This document shows positions 27,208 through 35,243 of a stretch of DNA of 64,000 nt, piece by piece (position 1 is the first letter of the stretch; each line of letters opens with the position of its first letter). The notes under the pieces were generated by a model. That model was not told the DNA's origin and did not search any database. It worked only from the letters and a program-made list of their open reading frames with translations. Source of the stretch: Candidatus Chryseobacterium colombiense (GTDB taxonomy: Bacteria; Bacteroidota; Bacteroidia; Flavobacteriales; Weeksellaceae); contig CP119310.1 in NCBI GenBank assembly GCA_029203185.1, forward strand, positions 3,626,052 to 3,690,051, given 5' to 3'. Both the position numbers and the translations under genes were made by a program.

Positions 27208-28251
27208 TTATTTTATCCTGCTTTTATGGACATAGCCCTGTTTTCCATTTTTCGTTTTAACAAGCCACCAGTCTCCGGATTGATCTAAAACTTCTACCTG
27301 TTCGCCCGAGTTTATTTTTTCTACAATTTCGGAAGATGTATTTTTATCTTTTCTGAGGTTAGTATATCCATCACTATCGTGGATATAGTATTCTGTATTT
27401 TCGCCTTTAATGATATAAGATTTAAAAAACGGCTTATATTTTACATTGTAAAGGGACAATTCATTTTTATCAAGCTTATTAACGATTTTATCATCGATAT
27501 AGTGGTATAAATTATAGTAAATAACCGTTTTGTTTTTCCAGCCTGTATCATATGACGGAGAAAAAATGGCTTCCACTTTATCTGATTTCTCAATCTGTTT
27601 TTTCAGCTCTGGAATTGAAAATTTATTAACAGCATCTTCACTGATTAACAACGCATCCTTTTGAAAATTAATATCCACAATATTCTTATCAAAATAGTCT
27701 TTATTGGTTAAAAATGCCTGCGGAAGATTCTGGTTGATATAATCAAGGAGTTTATTTTGCTTGTATTTATATTCTCCTTTAATAAAATAAGAAGGTTTAT
27801 AGAGAAATAACTGGAATAAATCCAGCTCATAATCTTCCAGATAATATCCTAAATTCTGATCATTGAAAATGAGTGATAAAAAATAATAAGATCTTATATC
27901 ATCCAATTGCTGTATCCGAACGAGCAGCAGTTTGATAAAAAATACCTGTTCGTATTGACCCTGATCAAAATTTCTACTGGTTAAAAATTTAAAAAAGCTA
28001 TTTCTGAAAGACTGATCCTCCAAAGAACTCACTTCTATTTGTTCTATGTATTCTCCGTTATACTTGTATTTATTAAAATCTAAATCTTCAATAAAGGAAT
28101 TGGAAACATTAATTCCATCTTTTAATTTGTCATTTATATTCATTGGAGCTGTTGTATTTTTTGAGGTTTCAGAGATTTTGTCATTTTTGTCCTTACAACT
28201 TATCATTAAAGGCAAAAAAAGTATAAGAAAAAATTTTATAAAACTTTTCAT
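27208..28251 (-). CDS. lipoprotein with C-terminal bacterial SH3 domain (candidate immunity protein)
   Basis: 347 aa with lipobox LMISC. C-terminal GEQVEVLDQSGDWWLVKTKNGKQGYVHKSRI is an SH3b-type motif. Its start lies 1 nt after the stop of the upstream toxin-like gene. Confidence 0.6.
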   Translation of the reverse strand: MKSFIKFFLILFLPLMISCKDKNDKISETSKNTTAPMNINDKLKDGINVSNSFIEDLDFNKYKYNGEYIEQIEVSSLEDQSFRNSFFKFLTSRNFDQGQYEQVFFIKLLLVRIQQLDDIRSYYFLSLIFNDQNLGYYLEDYELDLFQLFLYKPSYFIKGEYKYKQNKLLDYINQNLPQAFLTNKDYFDKNIVDINFQKDALLISEDAVNKFSIPELKKQIEKSDKVEAIFSPSYDTGWKNKTVIYYNLYHYIDDKIVNKLDKNELSLYNVKYKPFFKSYIIKGENTEYYIHDSDGYTNLRKDKNTSSEIVEKINSGEQVEVLDQSGDWWLVKTKNGKQGYVHKSRIK

Positions 28252-28252
28252 A

Positions 28253-30478
28253 TTATTTTTTTATAGTTACTTTACCGGGTTTCACATTAGGATTATTTTT
28301 CTTAAAATCTACCCACCAATCATAGAAAGCTTTTGCATCATCATCCCAGACTCTTATACAACCTTGGGTTCTTTTTAATGTTTTAACTTCATATCCCTCC
28401 TGGCGCCCTCCATGAATTCTTATGGCAGATCTTCCACTTTTTGCAGCTTCATCTTTGTTTCCGGCGATAGGCTCAAAAACAAGTCTAGGATTGGGGCCAT
28501 ATGATTTTCTATTCTCTTTATTGGATTGATAAAAAGGAGTGCTCTGGTTGATCTGAAATTCTCCAAAAGGAACATCCGAATTGGTTTTCATATGATCTTC
28601 ACCTGCAATTCCTTCCAATAAACAGTCATTGAAAGTTAAGACAATTTTTTGGTTATGATCATATACCTCAATTTTTCCTCTTCTACAATTGTTTCTCACT
28701 GCAGTTCTTTCTATGTGAGTACATTTACTTCCTGTATATTTCTCTGTGATTACGACATTCCATGTACTTTTATCCAAGGTAGGCTGTGCAGCCGCAGGTT
28801 CACTTTTATTGCATTCAAAAAATTTCACTTTATTTTGCTTTCCTTCTTCATAAAATTTTGAAATGCTTTTTTCGATTTCCCAGATATAAGTTTTACCTTC
28901 TCCGTCATATTGTTTTTCTCCATTTTCGAACCATATTTTCTTTTCATCATACAATTCAGAGAAAGTCTGGGTTTTTCCGTTACTTCTTTTTACTTTAATA
29001 TTTTTGTGGAGCTCCCCTTCATAATAGAATGCGGGATTTTGACGGTAACCATAATGTCTTGATTTGCTTAGATCGGTCAGGTTTCCGCTTTTGGTATAGG
29101 CAAGAGGATATTTGTTATCAAAAACGACATGGTTTGGCTCATTCCCTTTACCTACATCAACAGGCATCAGGATAGATAGATAAAAATCTGTAAGGGTATT
29201 TATTTTATCTTTTTTCTTTTCAAGATATTTTTCTACATACTCTAATTGCTTAACAGCAGTCATTTTCAGTAATGCTTCGCGTGTGGTTTTAACAGATTTT
29301 GCTGCCGAATCTCCAAACTGTATCAGACCCACATAGCTTGTTCCTTTACCGGCAGTAGGTGAGAAGGTTTTTCCTGTTTCCAAAGCCATTCCTGCCATAA
29401 GGAGATTGGGATCTTTTCCTAGCCTTTTGGCTATTTCAACGACTTTTTTTCTAAACTCACAGCTTACTTTTCCTCCCCATATCAGATCTTTATATTGTTC
29501 TTTACAAATACAGGTACTAGGTGCTTTGCTATCCGCATTTACTACTGTCGGGCTTTTTCCCGATGGATTAGAAGGGGCTGGTTTTTGATCCTTTTTTACT
29601 GTCCCTTTTACTTCCGCCCAATCGTGAATTTTTTTACTAATTTGTGTAACAACTCCTGAAATGACCTCTGTAGTTGTTTCTATGATTCCGTTTTGTTCTT
29701 TTTTGCTCTCTCCCTTTTTGGCAGCCGGAGAACCTGGAACTTTGGGTTGGGAAGTAGGAAGAGCGGGTTTAGATTGAGGTTTTCCTGGAGGGGTATTGAT
29801 TCCGGGAGGAGTATTGACGTTTACATTTTCTGAAGCATGTTTTTTATTTTCATAATATTCTACAGTGACGTAGAATTCCAGTTGTTTTACATCAGTTTCA
29901 CTTTGTATAGCTTTTTTCATCAAAGCTGAGGTAAGTATAAATTCTGCTTTAGCCGCTCCGTTTATTACTTTTCCCTGTTTACTGTCTACCTGCAAATTGT
30001 TAGCATTATGACCACTGTCTTTGGCATCATCTTCCCAAAGTGTAAATTTGAGATATTTTCCCTCTAAACCTACACATTGTGCTTCGGCGATAAGCTTTTC
30101 CGTAAAATTGAAGACTGTTCCCGGAGTATTGTCTACATATTTTAGCTGGATTCTATTTATCTTTGGAGTATCTCCAGGCTGAGGATTTATTTCAAGAGCC
30201 ATTGGAGCCTTGCCTTCCGGTTCGTGTAGATATGCTTCAATTCTATAAGTATTCTGATAGGCATTATTTTGAAATGTAAAACTGCTGATTCCTTTCTTTT
30301 TGATATTGGTAGGAACAAATTTTCCATTTACTTTCTTAAAAAGTTGCCATGTAACCAATGTCGGATTTCTTTTTTCTTTAGGGGTTGCCGGATACCATTC
30401 ATCAATGGTATAGGTTACAGTTTCTCCTATTTTGGGCTGGGTATTACCGGAAATTTTATAAACGCCTTGTTTTGACAT
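28253..30478 (-). CDS. multidomain peptidoglycan-targeting toxin candidate: SLT-like lytic transglycosylase motif plus C-terminal YkuD (L,D-transpeptidase)-like domain
   Basis: 741 aa with no signal peptide. A P-rich linker lies around aa 222-310. ALETGKTFSPTAGKGTSYVGLIQFG (aa 365-389) fits the GH23/SLT E-S-x-F-x-P...G-L-x-Q pattern. IRIHGG-x15-TQGCIRVWDDD (aa 686-714) fits the YkuD H-x(14-17)-[ST]xGC pattern. Confidence 0.65.
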   Translation of the reverse strand: MSKQGVYKISGNTQPKIGETVTYTIDEWYPATPKEKRNPTLVTWQLFKKVNGKFVPTNIKKKGISSFTFQNNAYQNTYRIEAYLHEPEGKAPMALEINPQPGDTPKINRIQLKYVDNTPGTVFNFTEKLIAEAQCVGLEGKYLKFTLWEDDAKDSGHNANNLQVDSKQGKVINGAAKAEFILTSALMKKAIQSETDVKQLEFYVTVEYYENKKHASENVNVNTPPGINTPPGKPQSKPALPTSQPKVPGSPAAKKGESKKEQNGIIETTTEVISGVVTQISKKIHDWAEVKGTVKKDQKPAPSNPSGKSPTVVNADSKAPSTCICKEQYKDLIWGGKVSCEFRKKVVEIAKRLGKDPNLLMAGMALETGKTFSPTAGKGTSYVGLIQFGDSAAKSVKTTREALLKMTAVKQLEYVEKYLEKKKDKINTLTDFYLSILMPVDVGKGNEPNHVVFDNKYPLAYTKSGNLTDLSKSRHYGYRQNPAFYYEGELHKNIKVKRSNGKTQTFSELYDEKKIWFENGEKQYDGEGKTYIWEIEKSISKFYEEGKQNKVKFFECNKSEPAAAQPTLDKSTWNVVITEKYTGSKCTHIERTAVRNNCRRGKIEVYDHNQKIVLTFNDCLLEGIAGEDHMKTNSDVPFGEFQINQSTPFYQSNKENRKSYGPNPRLVFEPIAGNKDEAAKSGRSAIRIHGGRQEGYEVKTLKRTQGCIRVWDDDAKAFYDWWVDFKKNNPNVKPGKVTIKK

Positions 30479-30495
30479 AACATTGCAATTTGGGG

Positions 30496-30996
30496 TTAGA
30501 TGGCATCGGCTTCATTGTCACTATTTTCCTTTTGGAATTCTTTAAAGTCCATAAAAGGATTAATGTTATGTTGTTCCTGAGGATCTGCATTCTGAACATT
30601 TTGATTATTCATAGCAGCAGTTTGCCCGTGTTCTTTTATTGTAATTTTTCCGCCTGTTGTACACATAAGTTCGGAAAGTTCTGTGACACAGGATTTGCCC
30701 ATGATTTTTACCTGTTCATAAGTTTTCTGCCATTTTCCGGCGGGTGCAAATGCACAAGGAAGATATCCTCCAGATGTAGGCTTGAGTTTACATTGTCCAA
30801 AACTTGGGCCTGGAGGAGTAAATTGCACATCGTCTTCTGTAACGGCTAAATAATCAGCTTCTCCTTCCTCACTGTTCCAATAATGTTTTTGGTGAGAAGT
30901 TACTTTATACTGCGGAAATTGATTGCCCTGATTACATTGGGCTTTCCCTTTTTGTACAACGAAATGCTTTCCGTCGTGTGGAGATGAACCGGACAT
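30496..30996 (-). CDS. DUF4280 (PAAR-like) domain protein
   Basis: 166 aa. HFVVQKGKAQCNQGN...FGQCKLKPTSGGYLPCAF...WQKTYEQVKIMGKSCVTELSELMCTTGGKITIKEHGQ reproduces the conserved Cys/Gly spacing I remember for PF14107. An acidic tail of about 40 aa follows. Confidence 0.7.
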   Translation of the reverse strand: MSGSSPHDGKHFVVQKGKAQCNQGNQFPQYKVTSHQKHYWNSEEGEADYLAVTEDDVQFTPPGPSFGQCKLKPTSGGYLPCAFAPAGKWQKTYEQVKIMGKSCVTELSELMCTTGGKITIKEHGQTAAMNNQNVQNADPQEQHNINPFMDFKEFQKENSDNEADAI

Positions 30997-31045
30997 ATTT
31001 TGTGTGTATTGATTTGGTTTTATAAATCTATAAAAAAATTAAGAG

Positions 31046-31068
31046 CAAAAAAGTAGTAGAATTACTAC
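31046..31068 (-). terminator. weak hairpin/terminator after the LysM-like gene
   Basis: GTAGTA (31053-31058) pairs with TACTAC (31063-31068). On the minus strand it is followed by a T-run (plus-strand A-run 31047-31052). The stem is short and AT-rich. Confidence 0.3.
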
Positions 31069-31123
31069 ATTTTTAAAACTTTAAATATTCACCTCATACA
31101 CTAATTGTTAAAAATAGTATTGC

Positions 31124-32188
31124 TTACTTCTCCTGTTTTTCCATCATGAAGATTTCTTTTTCCGTTACATCATCAATATATATATTGAAAGCAGCTTCTA
31201 TTTTCTTAAAAGATAAATCTGTTCGGTTAAAGCTGTACTCTGAAAAATAATCGCAATTAACAGCATTTTCTGTTAAAGGAGCTTTAGTATCAAAAATGGA
31301 AGACTTGGAGTAGAGCTGATCCATACTTCGGTTATCTGACGAACGTCCACTTTGGATAATTTTTAAGACAGCATCATTTTCTTTGGGCTGGATTGTATTC
31401 CGGAGTTCGAATCGGATAGGAGAGGCATTGGTAATCCAGGGTACAAAATCATAATAGATTTGTGAATCTGTCCAGTCACCATAGATTGCTCTATAGAAAG
31501 TACCTGTCAGAAAATGGACAGGTAATGTATTTTTGAGATTTTCTAAGAGAATTTTTTTATTTTCTATGACCGATTTCATTTGATTAATATATGAACTGGA
31601 ATATTCATCCGTGAAATAACTTTTCAGGGTCTCGAGGTGATCTTTAATTAAATTTTCAGGACTGGTTAAGCGGATATCTTTAATTTCAGTTTCCTCATTA
31701 ATGATAATTTGTAAAGGATATAAGACTTCAACACATGCTTTTGCCAAACTGGACATTTTGGTATCCGATTCTATTCCTTCTTTTTTAAAATCATACATTT
31801 GAAGGCTGAAAATATGTTCACTGTTATCAAGCTGGATATAGTTAAGATCAATTTGATACTCGTAATCTGTTAATAGAGCGTCATTTAAAAACTTCTGATG
31901 ATTAATTGTATACTTGCCTTTTAATAAATCAATTGGAAAGGGAATTTTACCTTGAGGCGGATGGTAATATAAGCTATCTCCGTTTTCAATAATTTTTTTG
32001 TTAAGTTCCTTTATTTCATTTCCAAATGGGAGCAGGAGAGATTGTCCCGTTCTCAAATCATCAAAAAAGCGTTCATGCTTAGCACAATGGGTATTATGAA
32101 ATTCTCTGAGATAGATTGGGTTTTCGATTTTAAGATCGGATGCAATTTTTTCTAATGAATCGTTGGGAAGGGCTATATAGGTAATCAT
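31124..32188 (-). CDS. hypothetical protein with N-terminal LysM-like motif
   Basis: 354 aa. YIALPNDSLEKIASDLKIENPIYLREFHN...LRTGQSLLLP resembles LysM (Y.V..GDTL..IA......L...N..L..GQ.L.IP) with an insertion. The rest is unassigned. Confidence 0.45.
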   Translation of the reverse strand: MITYIALPNDSLEKIASDLKIENPIYLREFHNTHCAKHERFFDDLRTGQSLLLPFGNEIKELNKKIIENGDSLYYHPPQGKIPFPIDLLKGKYTINHQKFLNDALLTDYEYQIDLNYIQLDNSEHIFSLQMYDFKKEGIESDTKMSSLAKACVEVLYPLQIIINEETEIKDIRLTSPENLIKDHLETLKSYFTDEYSSSYINQMKSVIENKKILLENLKNTLPVHFLTGTFYRAIYGDWTDSQIYYDFVPWITNASPIRFELRNTIQPKENDAVLKIIQSGRSSDNRSMDQLYSKSSIFDTKAPLTENAVNCDYFSEYSFNRTDLSFKKIEAAFNIYIDDVTEKEIFMMEKQEK

Positions 32189-32291
32189 ATGTTTTGTGCT
32201 GCGTTTTATAATAATTGCTGTTTAATTATTATAGGTTTGAATTAAAAGAATGAAGCTTTTAATTTTCAATAGGAAATTTATAAAAAAATAA

Positions 32292-32322
32292 CAAAAAAAC
32301 CTTTCAAGTAATTTGAAAGGTT
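32292..32322 (-). terminator. terminator of the nuo operon
   Basis: AACCTTTCAA (32298-32307) pairs with TTGAAAGGTT (32313-32322). A T-run follows on the minus strand (plus-strand A-run 32293-32299). It lies 26 nt downstream of the nuoN stop. Confidence 0.7.
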
Positions 32323-32347
32323 TTTAAATTTTATAATGGTAAGGCTT

Positions 32348-33733
32348 TTAGAACCCGGTTAATCTTGCAAATAAATCAGGGAAAACTCCTAAGATAATGA
32401 TTGAAGCGATAACAAATACTCCCACGATATTGTAAGTAAGAGTTACTTTCTCTGAAGATTTGAATGAGCTTTCTTTGAAGAAGAACATGGAAATGATCAG
32501 CCTCAAATAGTACGCAATAGAAACTGCAGATCCTAAAACCGCTACCAATACCAGGAAAACTCCATGATTAGAATTCATTGCCTGAGAGAATAAAGCAAAT
32601 TTTCCCATGAAACCGGCCGTTAACGGAATACCTGCCATGGAAAGCATAGAAATTGCCGCTGTTGTAGCTAGTAAAGGTTCTGTTTTTGCTAATCCTCTGA
32701 AAGCTCCGAAAGAGGTTTCTCTTTTCAGTTTTTCAACATAGATCAAACACATGAATACTCCCACTGTAGATAAAGCGTAAGCAAACAAATAGAACGCTAA
32801 ATTGTAAGTAGAAAGACTTGTCATTCCGAAGAATACCAATCCGATATATCCTGCGTGAGAAACTGAAGAGTAGGCCAACATTCTTTTCGCGTTTGTCTGA
32901 GCAAGACCCATAACGTTTGCTAAAAGCAATGTAATAATTAAGAATACTCCGAAAACATTGATCCATTCTGCTGTAACACCGCCAAATCCGATCGTCATTA
33001 ATCTGAACAGGGCAAAGAATCCTGAGATTTTCACAACACTTGCCATGAAAGCAGTGATCAATGAAGGCGCTCCATAATAAACATCGGGACTCCACATATG
33101 GAAAGGAGCCAATGCTACTTTGAATGCCAATGCACAAAGAATCAATAATACTCCCAAGATGAACATAGCATCATGAGGATTTGAAACTCCGAAACTCTGG
33201 ATTTTATATAAATCAAAACTTCCTGTACTTCCGTAGATAAATGCAATACCAAACAACAGGAAACCTGTTGCAAATGCACCCATCAGGAAATACTTGATTG
33301 AAGCTTCGTTTGATCTTAGATCTGTCTTGTTAGCTCCCGCCATTACATATAAAGGAATAGAAAGAATTTCAACTCCTAAGAATAGCGTTACTAAATTCTG
33401 GTATCCAAAAAGGATAATTCCTCCGCAAAGAGCAAAAAGCATCAATGCATATAATTCTGACTGGTGGCTTCTGTGGTTGCTGAATGCAAAACCTCCCAAA
33501 AAGAATAATAATAATGTCGTTACGATTGATATTTTTGTGAATAACGCAGTATTAGCGGTGTAGTCATACATGTGTTTGTACTGTCCGAAGAAAGCACATT
33601 CAGGCATGAAACTTACCCATAATGCGATGATTAATCCCAAAATCCCAATGTATCTTGCGAATTTCCCTTGTTCAAAAACTCCTGAAAATAACGCAACAAC
33701 TGCCGTTAGGAAAACAATAATTAAAACACTCAT
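32348..33733 (-). CDS. nuoN: NADH-quinone oxidoreductase subunit N
   Basis: 461-aa polytopic antiporter-like subunit, last cistron of the operon. Confidence 0.9.
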   Translation of the reverse strand: MSVLIIVFLTAVVALFSGVFEQGKFARYIGILGLIIALWVSFMPECAFFGQYKHMYDYTANTALFTKISIVTTLLLFFLGGFAFSNHRSHQSELYALMLFALCGGIILFGYQNLVTLFLGVEILSIPLYVMAGANKTDLRSNEASIKYFLMGAFATGFLLFGIAFIYGSTGSFDLYKIQSFGVSNPHDAMFILGVLLILCALAFKVALAPFHMWSPDVYYGAPSLITAFMASVVKISGFFALFRLMTIGFGGVTAEWINVFGVFLIITLLLANVMGLAQTNAKRMLAYSSVSHAGYIGLVFFGMTSLSTYNLAFYLFAYALSTVGVFMCLIYVEKLKRETSFGAFRGLAKTEPLLATTAAISMLSMAGIPLTAGFMGKFALFSQAMNSNHGVFLVLVAVLGSAVSIAYYLRLIISMFFFKESSFKSSEKVTLTYNIVGVFVIASIIILGVFPDLFARLTGF

Positions 33734-33749
33734 TTCTTAAAATATCAAA

Positions 33750-35243
33750 TTAGCTTACCATTGATTGGTAGATAAACTTCAACGAACTATTCACCATTTC
33801 GATTATCGGTTGTGGGAAAATACCAAATACAATCACAAAAACCGCTAAACTTGCCAATACAGAGAATTCTACTGCAGAAAGATCTTTCACTGTACTTAGC
33901 ACAGCATCATCACCTTGCCCGAACATTGCTTTTCCGTAGAATCTCAATAAATATACGGCAGCAAGGATTACTGTAAGACCAGCGATTACCGCTGCTAATC
34001 CATTAAAATCATAAACAGATTTCAATAAGATAAATTCTCCAATGAATCCATTAGTCAATGGAACTCCCATTGATCCTAATATAATGATCAAGAACAATAC
34101 GGCAAACTTAGGAGCAACTTTCGCCAAACCTCCCATTTGTCTGATGTCTCTTGATTTAAATCTCTTATATAAAATATCACAACAGTAGAATAGACCCACT
34201 ACGTTGATACCGTGAGCGAAAGTCTGTACTAAAGCACCTTCAGCACCCTCGATGTTGAAAGTTCCTCTTAAAGAAATTACAGCTGAAGCGAAAATACCTG
34301 CCACCATTAGTCCAACGTGAGAGAAAGAAGAATACGCAATGATTCTCTTCATATCGGTCTGGATGATTGCAATCAAAGCTCCGTGTACAATTCCTACAAT
34401 TGCCAGAATAATTACAATCTGTCCTGAAATTCCTGCGATCGGAAGGGGAGTGATCGGTAATAAATAACGGATAACTCCATACACTGCCATTTTAAGCATA
34501 ATACCAGATAAAAGCATCGAACCCTGAGTTGGTGAATACGTATATGTATCCGGTTGCCAAGTATGGAAAGGGAATACCGGTAATTTCACTGCAAAAGCAA
34601 AGAAGATAAACCAGAATACCACAGTCTGTTGTGTTTCGTTCAGTTGAGCATTATAAAGATCTGTCAGTGCAAAAGATGCAGAGTTGTTATACACATAAAT
34701 CAACCCGGCTAACATGAATAATGACCCAACGAATGTATAGACGAAGAATTTCGTAGTGAATTCAAATCTTTTATTTTCCTGACCCCAAAGTCCGGCAATA
34801 AACCAGATCGGAATCAAAGTAACTTCCCAGAAGATGTAGAACAATAGTCCGTCAAGCGATGTGAAAACTCCTACAAGCCCGAACTGCATCAGCAGGATCA
34901 AACCGTAGAATGTATTTCTGTAGCTTACATTTTCATTAAAAGAAGATAAAATAATGATCGGCGTTAAAATATTTGTCAACAACAAAAGAAGTAAGCTCAT
35001 TCCATCGATTCCGAAGTGAAGAGTACTTTTAATGAATTGTGACCAAGGGTAATTGATCTCATGCTGCAATACGCTGTCTACCGTTGGATTAAAATCAAAA
35101 TCCGCTGCAATATAGAACGTTATAAGCATTTGAACCAATGCAATTCCCAGTGCCAAATATTTGCTGGATTTATTTTTCCATGCAAAAACTAATCCCGAAC
35201 CTACTAGAGGTAATAGTAATAATGTTAATAATAAACCAGACAT
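33750..35243 (-). CDS. nuoM: NADH-quinone oxidoreductase subunit M
   Basis: 497-aa antiporter-like subunit. Its start overlaps the nuoL stop (TAATG). Confidence 0.9.
   Translation of the reverse strand: MSGLLLTLLLLPLVGSGLVFAWKNKSSKYLALGIALVQMLITFYIAADFDFNPTVDSVLQHEINYPWSQFIKSTLHFGIDGMSLLLLLLTNILTPIIILSSFNENVSYRNTFYGLILLMQFGLVGVFTSLDGLLFYIFWEVTLIPIWFIAGLWGQENKRFEFTTKFFVYTFVGSLFMLAGLIYVYNNSASFALTDLYNAQLNETQQTVVFWFIFFAFAVKLPVFPFHTWQPDTYTYSPTQGSMLLSGIMLKMAVYGVIRYLLPITPLPIAGISGQIVIILAIVGIVHGALIAIIQTDMKRIIAYSSFSHVGLMVAGIFASAVISLRGTFNIEGAEGALVQTFAHGINVVGLFYCCDILYKRFKSRDIRQMGGLAKVAPKFAVLFLIIILGSMGVPLTNGFIGEFILLKSVYDFNGLAAVIAGLTVILAAVYLLRFYGKAMFGQGDDAVLSTVKDLSAVEFSVLASLAVFVIVFGIFPQPIIEMVNSSLKFIYQSMVS

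Noticed and set aside
28046-30849. Several plus-strand ORFs (28046..28378, 28649..28998, 29406..29588, 30269..30475, 30490..30849) antisense to the toxin, immunity and DUF4280 genes
   Set aside because: All lie antisense to long ORFs with recognisable domain motifs. Their translations are F/L/I/C-rich with no motifs. I considered a hidden antisense immunity gene but found no signal peptide or start context to support one.
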